The position numbers and the translations under genes were made by a program. A DNA stretch of 61,961 nucleotides, the filler included, from Basidiobolus ranarum (taxonomy: Eukaryota): NCBI GenBank assembly GCA_040143965.1. It is 5 parts of 5 records of this genome, joined end to end, with 100 filler letters (N's around TTAATTAATTAA, not from the genome) between each part and the next. Parts side by side here need not be neighbours in the genome. Positions count along the whole stretch, not along the records: positions 49,702 to 61,961 come from JASJQH010007430.1; 4 more parts are not named here. One strand, written 5' to 3'. Positions 49,602-61,961 of this stretch are shown here, one piece after another (position 1 is the stretch's first letter; each line of letters begins with the position of its first letter). Below the pieces are notes generated by a model. It saw only the letters and a list, made by a program, of their open reading frames with translations. It made no database searches and was not told where the DNA came from.

Positions 49602-49701
49602 NNNNNNNNNNNNNNNNNNNNNNNNNNNNNNNNNNNNNNNNNNNNTTAATTAATTAANNNNNNNNNNNNNNNNNNNNNNNNNNNNNNNNNNNNNNNNNNN
49701 N
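49602..49701. other. Artificial contig spacer
   Basis: N44-TTAATTAATTAA-N44. Confidence 0.98.
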
Positions 49702-51667
49702 GACCTATTGCCACCCCCCCCCGCGGGTATAATCTACCTTTTGGGGGTATCACGGAACCAACCAAAACTAGGAGTGCTGCATAGGCTTAAGAGATGGCTT
49801 TCTCTGAATATACTCACGAAAGCTCCCGCTCAACAAACCATCTCGAACGATGGGCATCTTTTTCAGTTTCTTTACTAAAATTCTGGTATGTTTATTGATA
49901 TGGAAGTGTTGATTCCTGGACTTCCGGCATCCTCCATTATGTGGTTCCATGGCTATTATTATTGAGTTCGGGTAGTTAAGCCACATTACAAACGTTAACC
50001 GGTTCATGCAATGCGTACTTCGCTGACAAGGGATTTTTCTCGATAGCAGATCAGACTCCAGTCAGTCTAATTTAGTAGATTTACTGTATCGGCTTGGTAG
50101 TTACTAGACCTGAATTGTATCAACATCATGGCTTTTTTGTACCACTTACGGATTAGAATCCATTGGTTCACAAGGGCAGCAGCAGTTTGAAATCTTGGCA
50201 AATGTATTGTAAATACGAAGATGACTAAGTAGGGTTCATTACACAAAGTTCTGGTATATGAGAATAATTCTTAATCACATTTGCAACCATCTGCTATGAA
50301 ATTTCACGGAAGGTTTTTCGTAGCGTTTTATTGATGAGTGAAGTAGACTCCAATTGATAGCATTAGTAAATAAAATTGTATCTCGCATCTGTGTATATGT
50401 ACGACTAATTGAATCATCCCTCCCACATGTCACTGAATGTGTAAAAATCAGTCATACTAACATGCAGGCATAAGGGAACTGTGGGAAGCTCTTGTACCTT
50501 TTTCTCCGAAGTTAATGAGGAAATTCCAATAAGACATAGTAAATAGACTCCGATTAATTAGAATCAAACGCTTCTCAGTTCGAGCATATATTATGTTTTG
50601 TCTTCAAGGTTTCTTGAAGTTTCTACAGTTAATAAGTCAAAGTATGGTGATAGCGGTAAAGTATAAATCTGATGACAGTTAGAAAGTAGATGATTCCGCT
50701 GAATGAAATTCCGTATAGCATTAGATGTGTAGAGAACATGGAAATATTGTTTAAGCTCAGTTATCCATACTATGTATACCATTTGGTATTGATGAGCGCT
50801 ATTGACACATGTAGCTCGGAAATGTGAAAGAAATTCATGGTTATAATGATGTATCACGTGAAATCAAGTATTCATCAAGTGACCAAACTAATTCCAGTTC
50901 TTCCCAGGCATTGACAGCTCAAATCCTATATATGGAGACTTATCAGAATTTAGCCGTAGAAGTATTGCTGTGATATAAATACTGCTCCTAAAGGTTCTTT
51001 TACCAAACTATGAAGTTCTAATCGTTGTTGTCATTTGGCAATCTAATTCAAACCAGTGGGGGCTTCTTACTAAAAGTTCAGTAATGTAGGAAGGTATATA
51101 TGAGCGAGTTTGAAAGCTTGATGATTTCATTTGAACACAACTATATATTGTGTCTTCCAATCTGGGGGCCTTCAATGGTGATATCTTGGAAACACTTTTG
51201 ACTACAAACAATCGCATGTCATTGAATGTAAATAGAGTAATACCATGTAATAGAAAATGATGAGCACTGGCTACGAAAATACAATCTAAAAATGTTCTGA
51301 ACATCGAGCCCATACTGGAGACCGCCAAGACGAGCTTTAAATTTCCTTTGCCATCCCAAACAACCCAGTTCTGTAGTTATGAATTATTATGACTAGGTAT
51401 TTTAATCTACCATGATTCCAGTGTTGTCAATACCTGAGTTCAACATTGTGTGCAGATTTAAACCAAGTTCCGATGAAATAGATTGAAGAAAAAAGGTTAA
51501 GCGAAAGATCTGGGATCACGTGAAAAATGAGGATTCGGTGTGTGCTTGACTATTGATTCATTGAATAAATTTTATCAGAAAAAAATTGCTCCATACAAAG
51601 CAAATATTCCCATTTCAGTAGTATCTAAGATTCCTTCAAGAGTTAATATCAACTAGAGCGGTACGAC

Positions 51668-53705
51668 ATGGCACACGAAGATCCAGATACTGCAGTACTT
51701 CCTCGAGAAGAAGTCATTCCGTTGATCATAAGGTCGTTATTTAGTTTAAATAAGATAATGGTATTTCATAGGGTGTAAAGGCGCGAAATAAACTATTCTT
51801 TATACCTGATCTTTACTTTAGTTTGTTATTCTTCAATAGTCATTTGAACTAAACAACCGAACTTTATTTTTATTCTCTCTTGTTTAGTCAATTGTCTGAA
51901 TATGGCTACGCCAATTTGGCTTCTGTAATTGCTGAACATACAAATACACCTAGTAGTTTATCGCCAAGCGCTAGGTTAGCTGAACTGTGTTATATGGGAG
52001 TAAAAAGCGAAGGTTCAAACATACTGAGCTCATATTTGTCGAGATTGATCTGATTATTCATTTCTATCAATAGAGGAGGGTGAAGATATGGAGATTGGGA
52101 GACGAGACTCTGACGATGAAGACGAGCACGAAGAAAATGGGGTCACACGAGCAGGAACTTACTTGAATTTGGACGCTGACACGAAGCCAGGTAAAGGAAT
52201 TTTGGTTTAGAAGTGATTGAGCATTGAAGTTTATGTATTATTATATTTCTAGACAACAAACCTCCACCGAATTTTCAAACCTGGTATATCACTACCCATA
52301 AAGCTGGCTGTCAAACGGCAGTATTTAGTCCTGATGGTAATAAGCTTCCCTTCTATAAGTAGCTGCAGTAAAGTTGAGCTAATCATTTGCGAATAAAGGT
52401 AAATACGTTGCTACTGGTTCGGCTGATACATCCCTCAAAGTTTTGGATGTATCCAAAATGAATACTCGTTCAGACTCTGGAGAGGATAGACCTGTTATTA
52501 GAACTTTATATGATCATGTTGCCGTAAGTTATGAATGAATACCATTTTTATATGTTGAAAAGTTATTGAATATCATTTTTACGTTATACATAGCCTGTGA
52601 ATGATTTAGCATTTCACCCTAACGGCCTGGTCCTTGCGTCTTGCTCCGATGACCAAAGTATCAAGCTTTACGACCTTTCTAAACCTAATGTCAAGCGCGC
52701 GTTCAGATATCTTCAGGTTAGTACATCGACACTGAGTTTGATATGTTCGTTAGACTAATCATCTTACATCAGGACTCCCACGCAGTTCGCTCTATAGCTT
52801 TCCATCCAGCTGGAGATTTCATCTGCGCAGGTAATTGATAGAGGATTAGTTTGTATTGTGTCTCTTTGGCTTAATCGATATTTTAGGTACTGATCATGAG
52901 GCAATGCGTATATATGATGTCAAAACATTCCAATGCTATATCCCAGCAAAGAACCCCACTGATTTACATAAAGGTGGGATCACTCAGGTATGTTTTGTAT
53001 TTAGCAATGTTTGGGTCAAAGCCATGTTGACATTAACACGTGTAACTAGGTAAGATTTGCTTCAAATGGTAGTCTAGTGGTTACATCATCGTTGGATGGC
53101 TCTATCAAACTGTGGGATCTTGTTTCTGGAAAGTGTGTCAGAACCATTGAAGGTGCTCATTCTGGAGCTGCAGTGTCTAGCTCTCGTTTCTCCAAAAATG
53201 GGAAGTACATTTTGTCTGGTGGCCAAGATTCAGTTGCAAGATTGTGGGATGTAGGAAGCGGTAAGGGCGACACATATTGCCATCTTGTGAAATCCAATTA
53301 CTGAAGCCTGATTTTTAGGCAAGCTTATTCATGGCTTCGAGGGAGCAGCGCATAAGGTACGTTGCTTTAGATTCTCCACCATCTATTTCAAACACTAATG
53401 CTCGATATTGTAGAGTAATATTTTGCAAACTACCTTCACTTCCAATGAAGACTATGTAATGAGTAGTGATGAGGTAAACAATACAGTTGTTTGCTGGGAC
53501 TCTCGTACTGGTGCTTTGCTTAAACGGTGGTCTGGTCATACAAATACAATTCGTTGTATCGCTACATCTCCTACTGAACAATGCTTCGTCAGTTGCAGGT
53601 AATTCGAGCATAATTGAAATACGGATGTCAGATAATCTTTGAAACTAAAATTTTCATTTTAATTAAAGTGATGACCATAGAGCCCGCTACTGGCATATTG
53701 AATAA
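51668..53705 (+). CDS. CSTF1: Cleavage stimulation factor 50 kDa subunit (WD40), multi-exon
   Basis: N-terminal dimerisation segment LIISQL.EYGY..LA...PSARLAEL, then YITTHK..C, ATGSADTSLKVLDV, PVIRTLYDH, AFHPN, KRAFRYLQ, FHPAGDF..AGTDH..R.YDV.TFQCY, FSKNGKYILSG and SCSDDHRARYW. Confidence 0.9.
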
Positions 53706-54047
53706 TGGAATTGAGATGTTGGTAAAGTCGTCAAAGATTCATCGTATCATTTAACCTGATGTTAAATAAATATTTTTAACCTTACAATAGTGATCATTTT
53801 GTAATTATGTTGCTAGTAGCGAAACTAAGAAACGATTACGGTTCGGGTTTTAGCCAAGAATTGATGTGTTATAAATATGTGTTATATTAATAATGTGGAG
53901 TATTTCATTGTAAATATTCCAAACGGGAACTCTAACATGTTAACTAACAATGATTGATTTTTTCAAAAATAAATGCCATACAACTGATCAGTTTAAGAGT
54001 TTATTGAAATATTATTAACAAATCATTCGTATCTTGCGTTTATGACC

Positions 54048-54338
54048 TTAGTTCGAGTTGGCATTCATGCGAGCTTCACCCTTGGCAGCTCCCACCTTTC
54101 CTTCAGCTTGCATCTGCTCGTTGCCAATGGCGGAACCAACAGTATCCTTGACATTGCCTTTCAGTTTTTCACCTGCACCCTGGCTATAACCTTGAGCTTG
54201 AGCAGCCTTGTATTCGGCATCAGCTTGGGCCTGCTTGGCTGCTCCCTCGGCCTTCATTTGCTCATTACCAAGGAGGCCTCCAGCGGTTTCCTGAACGTAA
54301 CCAGCTGCATATTTGACGTTAGCGTTGACCTTATCCAT
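54048..54338 (-). CDS. CsbD-like (two-repeat) hydrophilic stress protein, copy 1
   Basis: 96 aa with two repeats G.V.ET.G...GNEQM.AEG, plus an upstream TATA (minus-strand TATATAAGG near 54407-54415). Confidence 0.85.
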   Translation of the reverse strand: MDKVNANVKYAAGYVQETAGGLLGNEQMKAEGAAKQAQADAEYKAAQAQGYSQGAGEKLKGNVKDTVGSAIGNEQMQAEGKVGAAKGEARMNANSN

Positions 54339-55707
54339 GACGAGTTGGGTTGTTTGTTAAATGTAACTCTGGCTATTTTCTGGAATTGACTGGTATAGCA
54401 CTCCCTCCTTATATATCATGTGAATCTTCTCTGTAGTAGGAAAGACTCATACGACATGGCTTGTATCTTTTGGAAATGACACGTAGGCTGCACTGCATTA
54501 TGAAGAAACTGACACGCTCGACCCGCCGGTTCGTGCTTCGGACTATTGATTTCAGTGATGAAGTCATCAAAGTCAGTTGGGAATTTTAGTAGTATACATC
54601 TTTCTACGGTCTACGGTAATGCTGGAGTTTAGTACACAGTGAGCCACTCTCAAACATCCATATAAGGCAGAAGAAGATGAGTACACTTGCATGATCCTTA
54701 AGCTGATTTGTGACGCTGACATTCAATCAAATTTGTGACTTCATCGACTTGACTCGAAATTATTGGCCAGTGTCACAACCCGAGCACCAAATCCCGCTGA
54801 TCTAGCTATACTAGAAAGGCGATCTATGATATTTAGCGGCAATCGAGAGAGATGTGATACGCGCTGATTATAAATCTGACTCTCAACAAACAGACATTGA
54901 GCATTAACAAGACATATAGATAGCATATAGTTCGCAGCACTGCCTACCACTCAGATGAGCCACCTATTAACAATGACCTTGATGCCGATTTGAAACCAAG
55001 AGTCATCAGTGTGCCTTCACGAAATCCTGGTTTCAGTGATGCCTTTACCATGTCAAGTAGTGGATCTTCATTCAACTCTTGAATTGAATATTTACAATGG
55101 AAGATATCGTATTCTATATTTTGAATTTTATGGACACTGCAGATCGAATACATGCAGAAATTTGGTCGGGTATTCCCATGCCATTGAACCAGTGTGATAT
55201 GAATCCTACAACTCCTCTTTAGTACTGGAAGATATATGAGTTAGCATCGCTGATATAGAGATCATCTAGTGGTAATTGGTTGCTGACGTCAGAGTTTAGT
55301 AGTATCTTGTATAGTCCGCATATCACAACGCTGGTGATATTATCTCGAGATGTACGTTGCAAGCCTCGAGTCAACTGTATGGCCAATCCAAACACTCCAT
55401 CACTATACCGAAATGAGTACCCACCACGTAGATACTCAATCAGAGACTTCACACCAGGAAAGTCAATGCGAATGAAATTATATGCTGGTTATTTTCTCAA
55501 TAATGAGTAGACATACTGAGGATTTAATCAACGGTACTGGGCAGGAAGCAGAGAAGATGAAGAGCAATATAAATGAAAGAGGTACATCACAAACGAAACC
55601 AAGTCGTTCAGATTCAAATACGATCTTGTAGATAACGCATTTCATACATACAACACTATTTGAGTGAGGTATCCACATAGCATGTGGTAAATATCCTTAC
55701 ATGTATT

Positions 55708-55920
55708 TTAGTTGGAGGTGGCATTGAGTTGCTTGTTGAATGTAAGGCTGACTAGTTTCTGGAATCCACTGGTATAGCATTCCCTCCTTACATATCATGT
55801 GAATCTTCTCTGTAGTAGGAAAGACTTATACAACATAGCTTATATCTGTTGGAAATGACACGTAGGCTACATTATGAAGAAACTGAGCGCGATAGTATTG
55901 ATCTTTTGATGAAGTCATCC
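55708..55920 (-). pseudogene. CDS-deleted middle copy of the CsbD-like gene (stop-codon end fused to 5' UTR and promoter)
   Basis: TTAGTTGGAGGTGGCATT matches the copy 1 3' end (54048-54065) and is joined directly to GAGTTG..TTGTT.AATGTAA (54342-54366). About 170 nt then match the copy 1 upstream region 54377-54568. Confidence 0.8.
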
Positions 55921-56268
55921 ATTTAATTCCAAGTTGGTCAAAAAGTCATAGGTCTCAATCTGTATAAATGTATCCTAGATTTGGCCAATATGTTGGTTTC
56001 GTTCCTTTTATAGCAAGCTAAAACTCCGTATATGTCAAAATTTGAATCGAACATTGAAAAGTAGCTAGACCAGCTTATACTACTGCCACATTGAGCTTAA
56101 GTCAACTGTGATTTCTCGCCATATCAGTTTTCTCAATTCTTCCAATTCAAAGCTTTAATCCACATTTCTGATTTCTTTAGATATGTTATATACATGGAAA
56201 AATTTCAAATGAATTGTAGCTTTTGTTCACATTTTTTATTATTTTACATTGAATATATTCTAGTGGAC

Positions 56269-56559
56269 TCAGTCAGAATTAATGTTCATGCGTGCTTCTC
56301 CTTTAGCAGCAGCAGCCTTTCCTTCGGCTTGCATTTGTTCATTTCCAATAGCCGAACCAACTGTGTCCTTGACATTTCCCTTCAACTTTTCACCTGCTCC
56401 CTGACTGTACCCTTCGGCTTGAGCGGCTTTGTATTCAGCATCGGCTTGGGCCTGCTTAGCTGCTCCCTCGGCCTTCATCTGTTCATTACCAAAGAGACTT
56501 CCGGCGGTTTCCTGAATGTAACCAGCTGCATATTTAACGTTAGCGTTAATTTTATCCAT
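56269..56559 (-). CDS. CsbD-like stress protein, copy 2
   Basis: 96 aa from the ATG at 56559 (MDKINANVKY), highly similar to copy 1 and of identical length. Confidence 0.85.
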   Translation of the reverse strand: MDKINANVKYAAGYIQETAGSLFGNEQMKAEGAAKQAQADAEYKAAQAEGYSQGAGEKLKGNVKDTVGSAIGNEQMQAEGKAAAAKGEARMNINSD

Positions 56560-57868
56560 ACTGCTATATCTGAGAGGAGAGTTAATGTTATATTGATAAC
56601 CAAAAGAGTTGATACCAGATGCCTTTATATGTTTTTCATCAAGGTGCTCGAATCCCACATGAGATCCAACTGAATACTATTTGCTACTTGGACTCTCTAC
56701 ATGATGATGTCACATCGAATGGCCATTAAGTGACCTGATTAACATCATTGATCTTAGCTGAGTTATTGCAAAGTGAATTGACCAATTTGATTCATTTTAC
56801 TGAGGCGTAAATACATTAATTTAATACAGGGTTTTAACCTAAAATTAGACGATTGAAAAAATAATTAGACAATCAAAGAAAAGCATTCAGACAAATGTCA
56901 ACAGTAAAACTAGACGTATATATTGAGGAATTTATGTTTGGTAGAAATATAATATGCGTTACATTATCATAAAGCGAATCAAACAGAACCAAGTTTTTTA
57001 ACTAAGCTATCTCGTTTCTGGATTAATTGATCATATTCACACATTGTTAAGAAATGAGTCAACTTAGATCATGTTCAATGAAATCAATCATGATTATATG
57101 CAAAATTAATCGAGTGTCAATTAATAATCGTATATATATTGAATGCACTTCTTAATAAATTGATCGATCTTTATGAAACACTGCTAAATTCTAACACACA
57201 TGTCATCCACAAACTAATTTGTCTTCAAAATCACCTACGTGCTTCCTTCTCTTTTTCTTTTTTTTCCACTTTATCTCACATACATAATTTTATACTACAC
57301 TATGTCAGAAGAAGAAACATTAAAGGTAAATAAATAACATACATGAACAGTCACACCTTTTTGTTCTTGTATATCTTTTGCATTTACAGGAAGCTGAAAA
57401 GAGTTCTTCTTCGTCAAGAGTTAAGAGAATGAATTATTTTTTGCAATCGTCTAACTTAAAGTTGAAACCCTGATAATCAAGTGACACGGTTGATTGGTTA
57501 TGGGGCAATTATTGATAAGACACATAGTTTCTGGTTAGAATACGCTTTCAAAGCTCGCTATTTTTAAAATTACGAAGATTATAATGGCGGACCCAAACTA
57601 TGAGGACACTAAAATGAGCGGGAAACTTTGCCATTGATGTCACACTGGAATCTTTTCACAAACACCGATCATTGTGTATGAAGAATCAAGAAATCACTGC
57701 AATTGATCAAATATTCTTTTATTTAACGTCTGTTGATGTTCATAATAATATACATGCAGTATCTATTTTCAACCCAACACGCTTAATCGAAATCCTAGGT
57801 GATTAGTGTAATATGTCTTGCTTCATTATGATATAAATGTAACTACGCGAATAATGTACGTGAATAAC

Positions 57869-59323
57869 CTATATAGTAGTAGGGCATGCGATTTGGCGGT
57901 TTCCAGCATCTTTTGGCATCCATCCTTGCTCCAGACCAATCTTATAATCCCAGTGAGGATTAACATGATTCTCGGTTTTCCATGTCCAGAAGAACCAACC
58001 GAAGCTTGATTCGAAAGACTCCATTTGGAATTGGCCATATTTACTTAAGAAATCCTTATATTCAGGAGTAAATTTCGTCCAGTCATCAACTCCTTCGCAA
58101 GTGCATTTTGGCTTTGTAGGGCACAATGGGTTACCCATGTTATCGGGAAAGCTGCCATCCCATCGTGAACCCAATCCAATTCCATTCAACCACTTGGCAC
58201 AGTCATTGGTTGCGACAGAGAACTCCCCAACCATAGTCCAACCAAAATTTTGATTGCTTACACGAACATCGTTCTTCCATGTATTACAAACGAAATCAAG
58301 TTTTTTCTCTTGTGTCATGGCCACTAAATTGATGTCAAAAATCATGTAATTATGTACATCCATACAGACATTCTGATATGCAGGCTTAGGGAAAGATCCG
58401 GTCCACTTGTCTAATCCAATAAACCCTTCGTGATAGATCAGAATAGGCTCCGAGGGGGATGTCGCATTGCGAAGCTTTTGATAAGCCTGGTAATACCACT
58501 GTTCAACAGTAGGCTTGTCAAGTTTGAAAATAATAGGCTCATTCAACACACCAAACAAAGGAGCGGCGTTTTTCCATTCAGGCTTCGAGAAGAAGGAGGC
58601 CATTTTGACGAGGATATCCATTGTACGATCAGCATTGTGCTGCCCTTCAGTACCATTCAAAAATCTCACTAAACCTGATCTGCCGCTATGGTTCCAACCA
58701 TTTTGCGAACCAGGAGCTCCATGCAACTCGACCATCACACGTATTCCATATTTACGAGCCCAATTTACACCCTTTAGTAAGAAGTTCCAAGAACCATCGA
58801 TAAAAGGCTCCCCTTCCTGAATATCCAAAGCCCAGTAGCCAACAGGGATGCGTACATGGTCAAGTCCAGCTTCAGCCATTTGTTTGAAATCTTCCTCAGT
58901 GATGAATGTCTCATAATGTTTGGTGATCCTCTTTTTACATTCCTCCTTGCCGAGCTTTTGACATAATGTCCATTCATCAATTACCCCATCCTCCGGCTTG
59001 AATCCCTCGAATAGAGATGGTACAATGAAGGGCTCAAGAACCAACCATCCACCTGCATTGACACCTCGGACTGGAACTTTACCGTATGGAAAAGGCTCAT
59101 TCAAGGGAGGTACTCTCGCGTTTGGTCTAGCATTATCATTAAATTCTTTAGGATCAGTTCCAAGGTTTTTACTGGAAGAATTGGATTTGTTCTTTGGAAT
59201 CAACACAGCAAGCAAGACAATGACAATGATGAGTATTACTGCTAAAGCAATTAATTTCCACTTGTGTCTACGAATAAATGACTTGCGTCCCGTCTTCTCC
59301 AAGTCCCCGTTCGTTCTTGACAT
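57869..59323 (-). CDS. Glycoside hydrolase family 5 exo-beta-1,3-glucanase, type II membrane anchored (ExgD-like)
   Basis: Basic N-terminus plus TM helix, then RGVNAGGWLVLEPFI.PSLF, VRIPVGYW, LHGAPGSQNGWNHSG, catalytic NEP and GEFS, and WFFWTWKTE. Intronless. Confidence 0.95.
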   Translation of the reverse strand: MSRTNGDLEKTGRKSFIRRHKWKLIALAVILIIVIVLLAVLIPKNKSNSSSKNLGTDPKEFNDNARPNARVPPLNEPFPYGKVPVRGVNAGGWLVLEPFIVPSLFEGFKPEDGVIDEWTLCQKLGKEECKKRITKHYETFITEEDFKQMAEAGLDHVRIPVGYWALDIQEGEPFIDGSWNFLLKGVNWARKYGIRVMVELHGAPGSQNGWNHSGRSGLVRFLNGTEGQHNADRTMDILVKMASFFSKPEWKNAAPLFGVLNEPIIFKLDKPTVEQWYYQAYQKLRNATSPSEPILIYHEGFIGLDKWTGSFPKPAYQNVCMDVHNYMIFDINLVAMTQEKKLDFVCNTWKNDVRVSNQNFGWTMVGEFSVATNDCAKWLNGIGLGSRWDGSFPDNMGNPLCPTKPKCTCEGVDDWTKFTPEYKDFLSKYGQFQMESFESSFGWFFWTWKTENHVNPHWDYKIGLEQGWMPKDAGNRQIACPTTI

Positions 59324-61961
59324 GATCGTTAGAAAACAGAAAACTAGTGAGGGGTTTGAACAAAAATATCTACTCCAAGTTGCTATTTATGCTTCATCAT
59401 ATCCACGACAGAAGGCCCCCGTATCCCATTGGCCAACCAATCATGATAATCAATTATTGTGAATGCTTCCCGGCTTAAAAATCTCAATTAGTAAACTGTA
59501 TCATTGGAAGAGGGATCAAAATTGAGTTAGTGACATTAAAGTTAAAGTTAATACTCCGAGTTGGTTCTTCGTTCCCACTAATCGAGTTGCGAGACATCAA
59601 ATGAAATAGATTCATCAATATAAAAGATCTTTTCGGAATTGAATTGTTTGCGACTACGATTATGTAGATAGCTAGAATAAAGATAAGTGTGCCACATAAA
59701 TGAGTATGCAATTTATTTTTATGGCTTTAATGTACAAATCATGCTCGTTCTCGAGAGTGAATTGGCTCAACAAAATCCCAGTGTCTGCATATCAAGTAAG
59801 GTTTTGAAATACGATGACGATGCTGCAAACATTGCAAATGAAGCCTTAAATAAGCCGAACTTATTAATAGATGCTGACTATCCCGATGATGACAGCAGCC
59901 GGTTACCATGTCAAAGTAACTGTCTTAAATCTCAGTTACCATTGAATGCTCTGTGAGGTGTCTCTACCACTTTTGGGTGAGAAGGTAGCCTGTCATGCCC
60001 ACATATTCACTTCAGCTCCTAATATCAAACATAGAGTGTATATATATGCAGTGACGAGGTGCGTTTTCCAGTCTCTCTCGATGTAAATGGGGTGCCCCAA
60101 AAGCTAGATCCATGCTGATCACATAGCACCCGAGGAAGAACACTGAATACACTAGTTGCCAATCTAACTACTCGTTGGAATATATTGATCTGGTACCCAG
60201 AGTAGCTTAAATTGGCCTTCATCACTAAGCTGAAGTAACCTAAATGTGACGATGGACCTTTACTCGATTTAGACTTCCCTTAATGATAAGATATGGTGAC
60301 GGTCCAATCAACATGTACTCAGCTACACCACTGATTAGTTATATGTTTCCATTTGATAGCGTGTGGCCAATGCATGACATACAGAGAGAATATCTTTCCC
60401 AATTCCAGAGTTCACATTGATGGAGGCGAAGTAGATTTTGCTGATTCAATGACCTACCATCTTGAGTAATGCGGTTGCCATTCATGGACATATATACGAG
60501 ATCACACAGGTGCGACTCATGACTATCGACCGAATTAATCTAGCACATTTTAGCTTAAACTTACACAGCATTCAAAACAATAGATACCATTGGTGTAGTG
60601 GCGTGTCACTTCAAAACTTAGCTTTTCGGATTCCTGAAACAAGCGAATACAACCAGCACTGATTTCCATTCTTGTGTAGTGCTTATCCTCGTATCCCATA
60701 TCCCATATTTCTATACCTGCTGACTCTCAAATGGGCCGATTGCTAGTGCAGTTATTGCTTAATATAGCTGTGTCTACATTTAGCTAGTTACCACCCTGAC
60801 TAGGCATCGTTGCAACCAATAGGGCAGGTTTACATACAATTCTCTGCAACTTAGCTAATTCCTTTTAAGCATCGTTGGCTGAGTTGAATCTGTTCCAAAT
60901 TATGAAGCAATCAATTTATTCACCTTCAAGAGAGCCACTCAACCTAGCATCAATATGATTTCCAACCAAGCAATCTGGTTCGGAGTCAGTAAGTAAAATT
61001 GTAAACATTTCTTTAAGTGGCTCCTACATTCATGGAATGTTGAGCGCTATCTACGCGTCTTCCAATCACGATCCTTTCCTATCGGAAGTAGCCAGAATTG
61101 GTTACGCTTACGTATCATAGTTCATATTCTTTTGTTTTCAGAAGCGGCGAAATTGAGTTACTACCATTTCCCTCTACTATGGAGTGTTCTAATTTTCTCA
61201 GTCCATCTGGGTCCCCTCCTAAGCGCATCTTGTATAAATGCTTCATGTAGTAGACTAGACAAAGACATTCGTTGCCCAATGAACGTAATATGTCATATAT
61301 GATTACATGACATAGTCAAATACTAAAGAGATATACATATCCCAAGAGAGTGCTTTGCCTATATTCAACATGAGACTATGTATGCCTTTTCCTGAAGTTA
61401 AAGGTATATTTAATACTCTTGATATTTGTTGGGCACTATAAGGCTGGCAGATATTGTGAGAGATTAAGATATTGGGAGCTTGAGAAATATTAGTAGTTTA
61501 TCAGAACCAAAATACTAATACTAATTATAGAAATATAGAACATTATATTCCGTATGCCCAGATTCCCCAGAAATATGGTTATAGTGGAATAATGTTATAC
61601 AACTACCTATCTTATTAACTTACTGATTTCCAGACAAAGGCTTCCTTAGATATGCAAACCTGATAAATATGCGTTATGGATGAGGAAAGACGTTATTATA
61701 GAGAGACAACTTATGATATGGCTTTAGTTGCTTTATTTGTTGTAAAGCTTGCTCACTATCAAGGCAGAGAAGTATATCAATTAAAAAGTAAAAAGACATA
61801 TTAGTGTTTGAGGATCTTGACATAATGGGGGTAGACTTTGTGTATTAGAGGCAACTTATGATAGTGTGTTTTAGTTACTTTATTCTTAAGAGTATATGGT
61901 GACTTATATAGTAGAAAAGTAACTCACTTGTTTGAGATATTCAGGAGGTTGTGTAATAAGA

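Noticed and set aside
54740-55680. Several short ORFs between the CsbD-like copies
   Set aside because: No recognisable motifs or consistent frame.
56560-56658. N-terminal extension of CsbD-like copy 2 in the ORF track
   Set aside because: It starts at a non-ATG codon. The ATG at 56559 gives the same length as copy 1.
58430-59462. Plus-strand ORFs overlapping the GH5 gene
   Set aside because: Antisense shadows of a well-supported glucanase CDS.

Overview
Eukaryotic, intron-rich, AT-rich DNA from a fungus. Gene content (class II B12 ribonucleotide reductase, CstF-50, a Mortierella-like delta-6 desaturase) points to an early-diverging lineage such as Zoopagomycota or Mucoromycota; this is an inference. 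The window is not one locus. It is five size-sorted contigs of 12359, 12328, 12315, 12299 and 12260 nt, joined by artificial 100-nt N44-TTAATTAATTAA-N44 spacers. Recognisable genes: chitin deacetylase, Ras, a MAPEG protein, cobalamin-dependent class II RNR, a possible minimal Rpa14, a Kex2-processed repeat-peptide precursor, delta-6 desaturase, bestrophin, a DUF1772 protein, an orphan 7TM receptor, a PL14 lyase, two low-complexity proteins, Pif1 (frameshifted), allantoicase, CstF-50, two CsbD-like stress genes and a GH5 glucanase. Decayed CACTA and Copia elements, solo LTRs and pseudogenes are also present. The most striking candidate for an undescribed system is the secreted precursor at 19253-19882. 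It would release three near-identical 16-aa peptides (FWNMR[YF]YCGG[FW]xCxHx) with a predicted Cys-x4-Cys ring, like a peptide pheromone or hormone. All family calls are by recognition of motifs by eye; no database searches were run.
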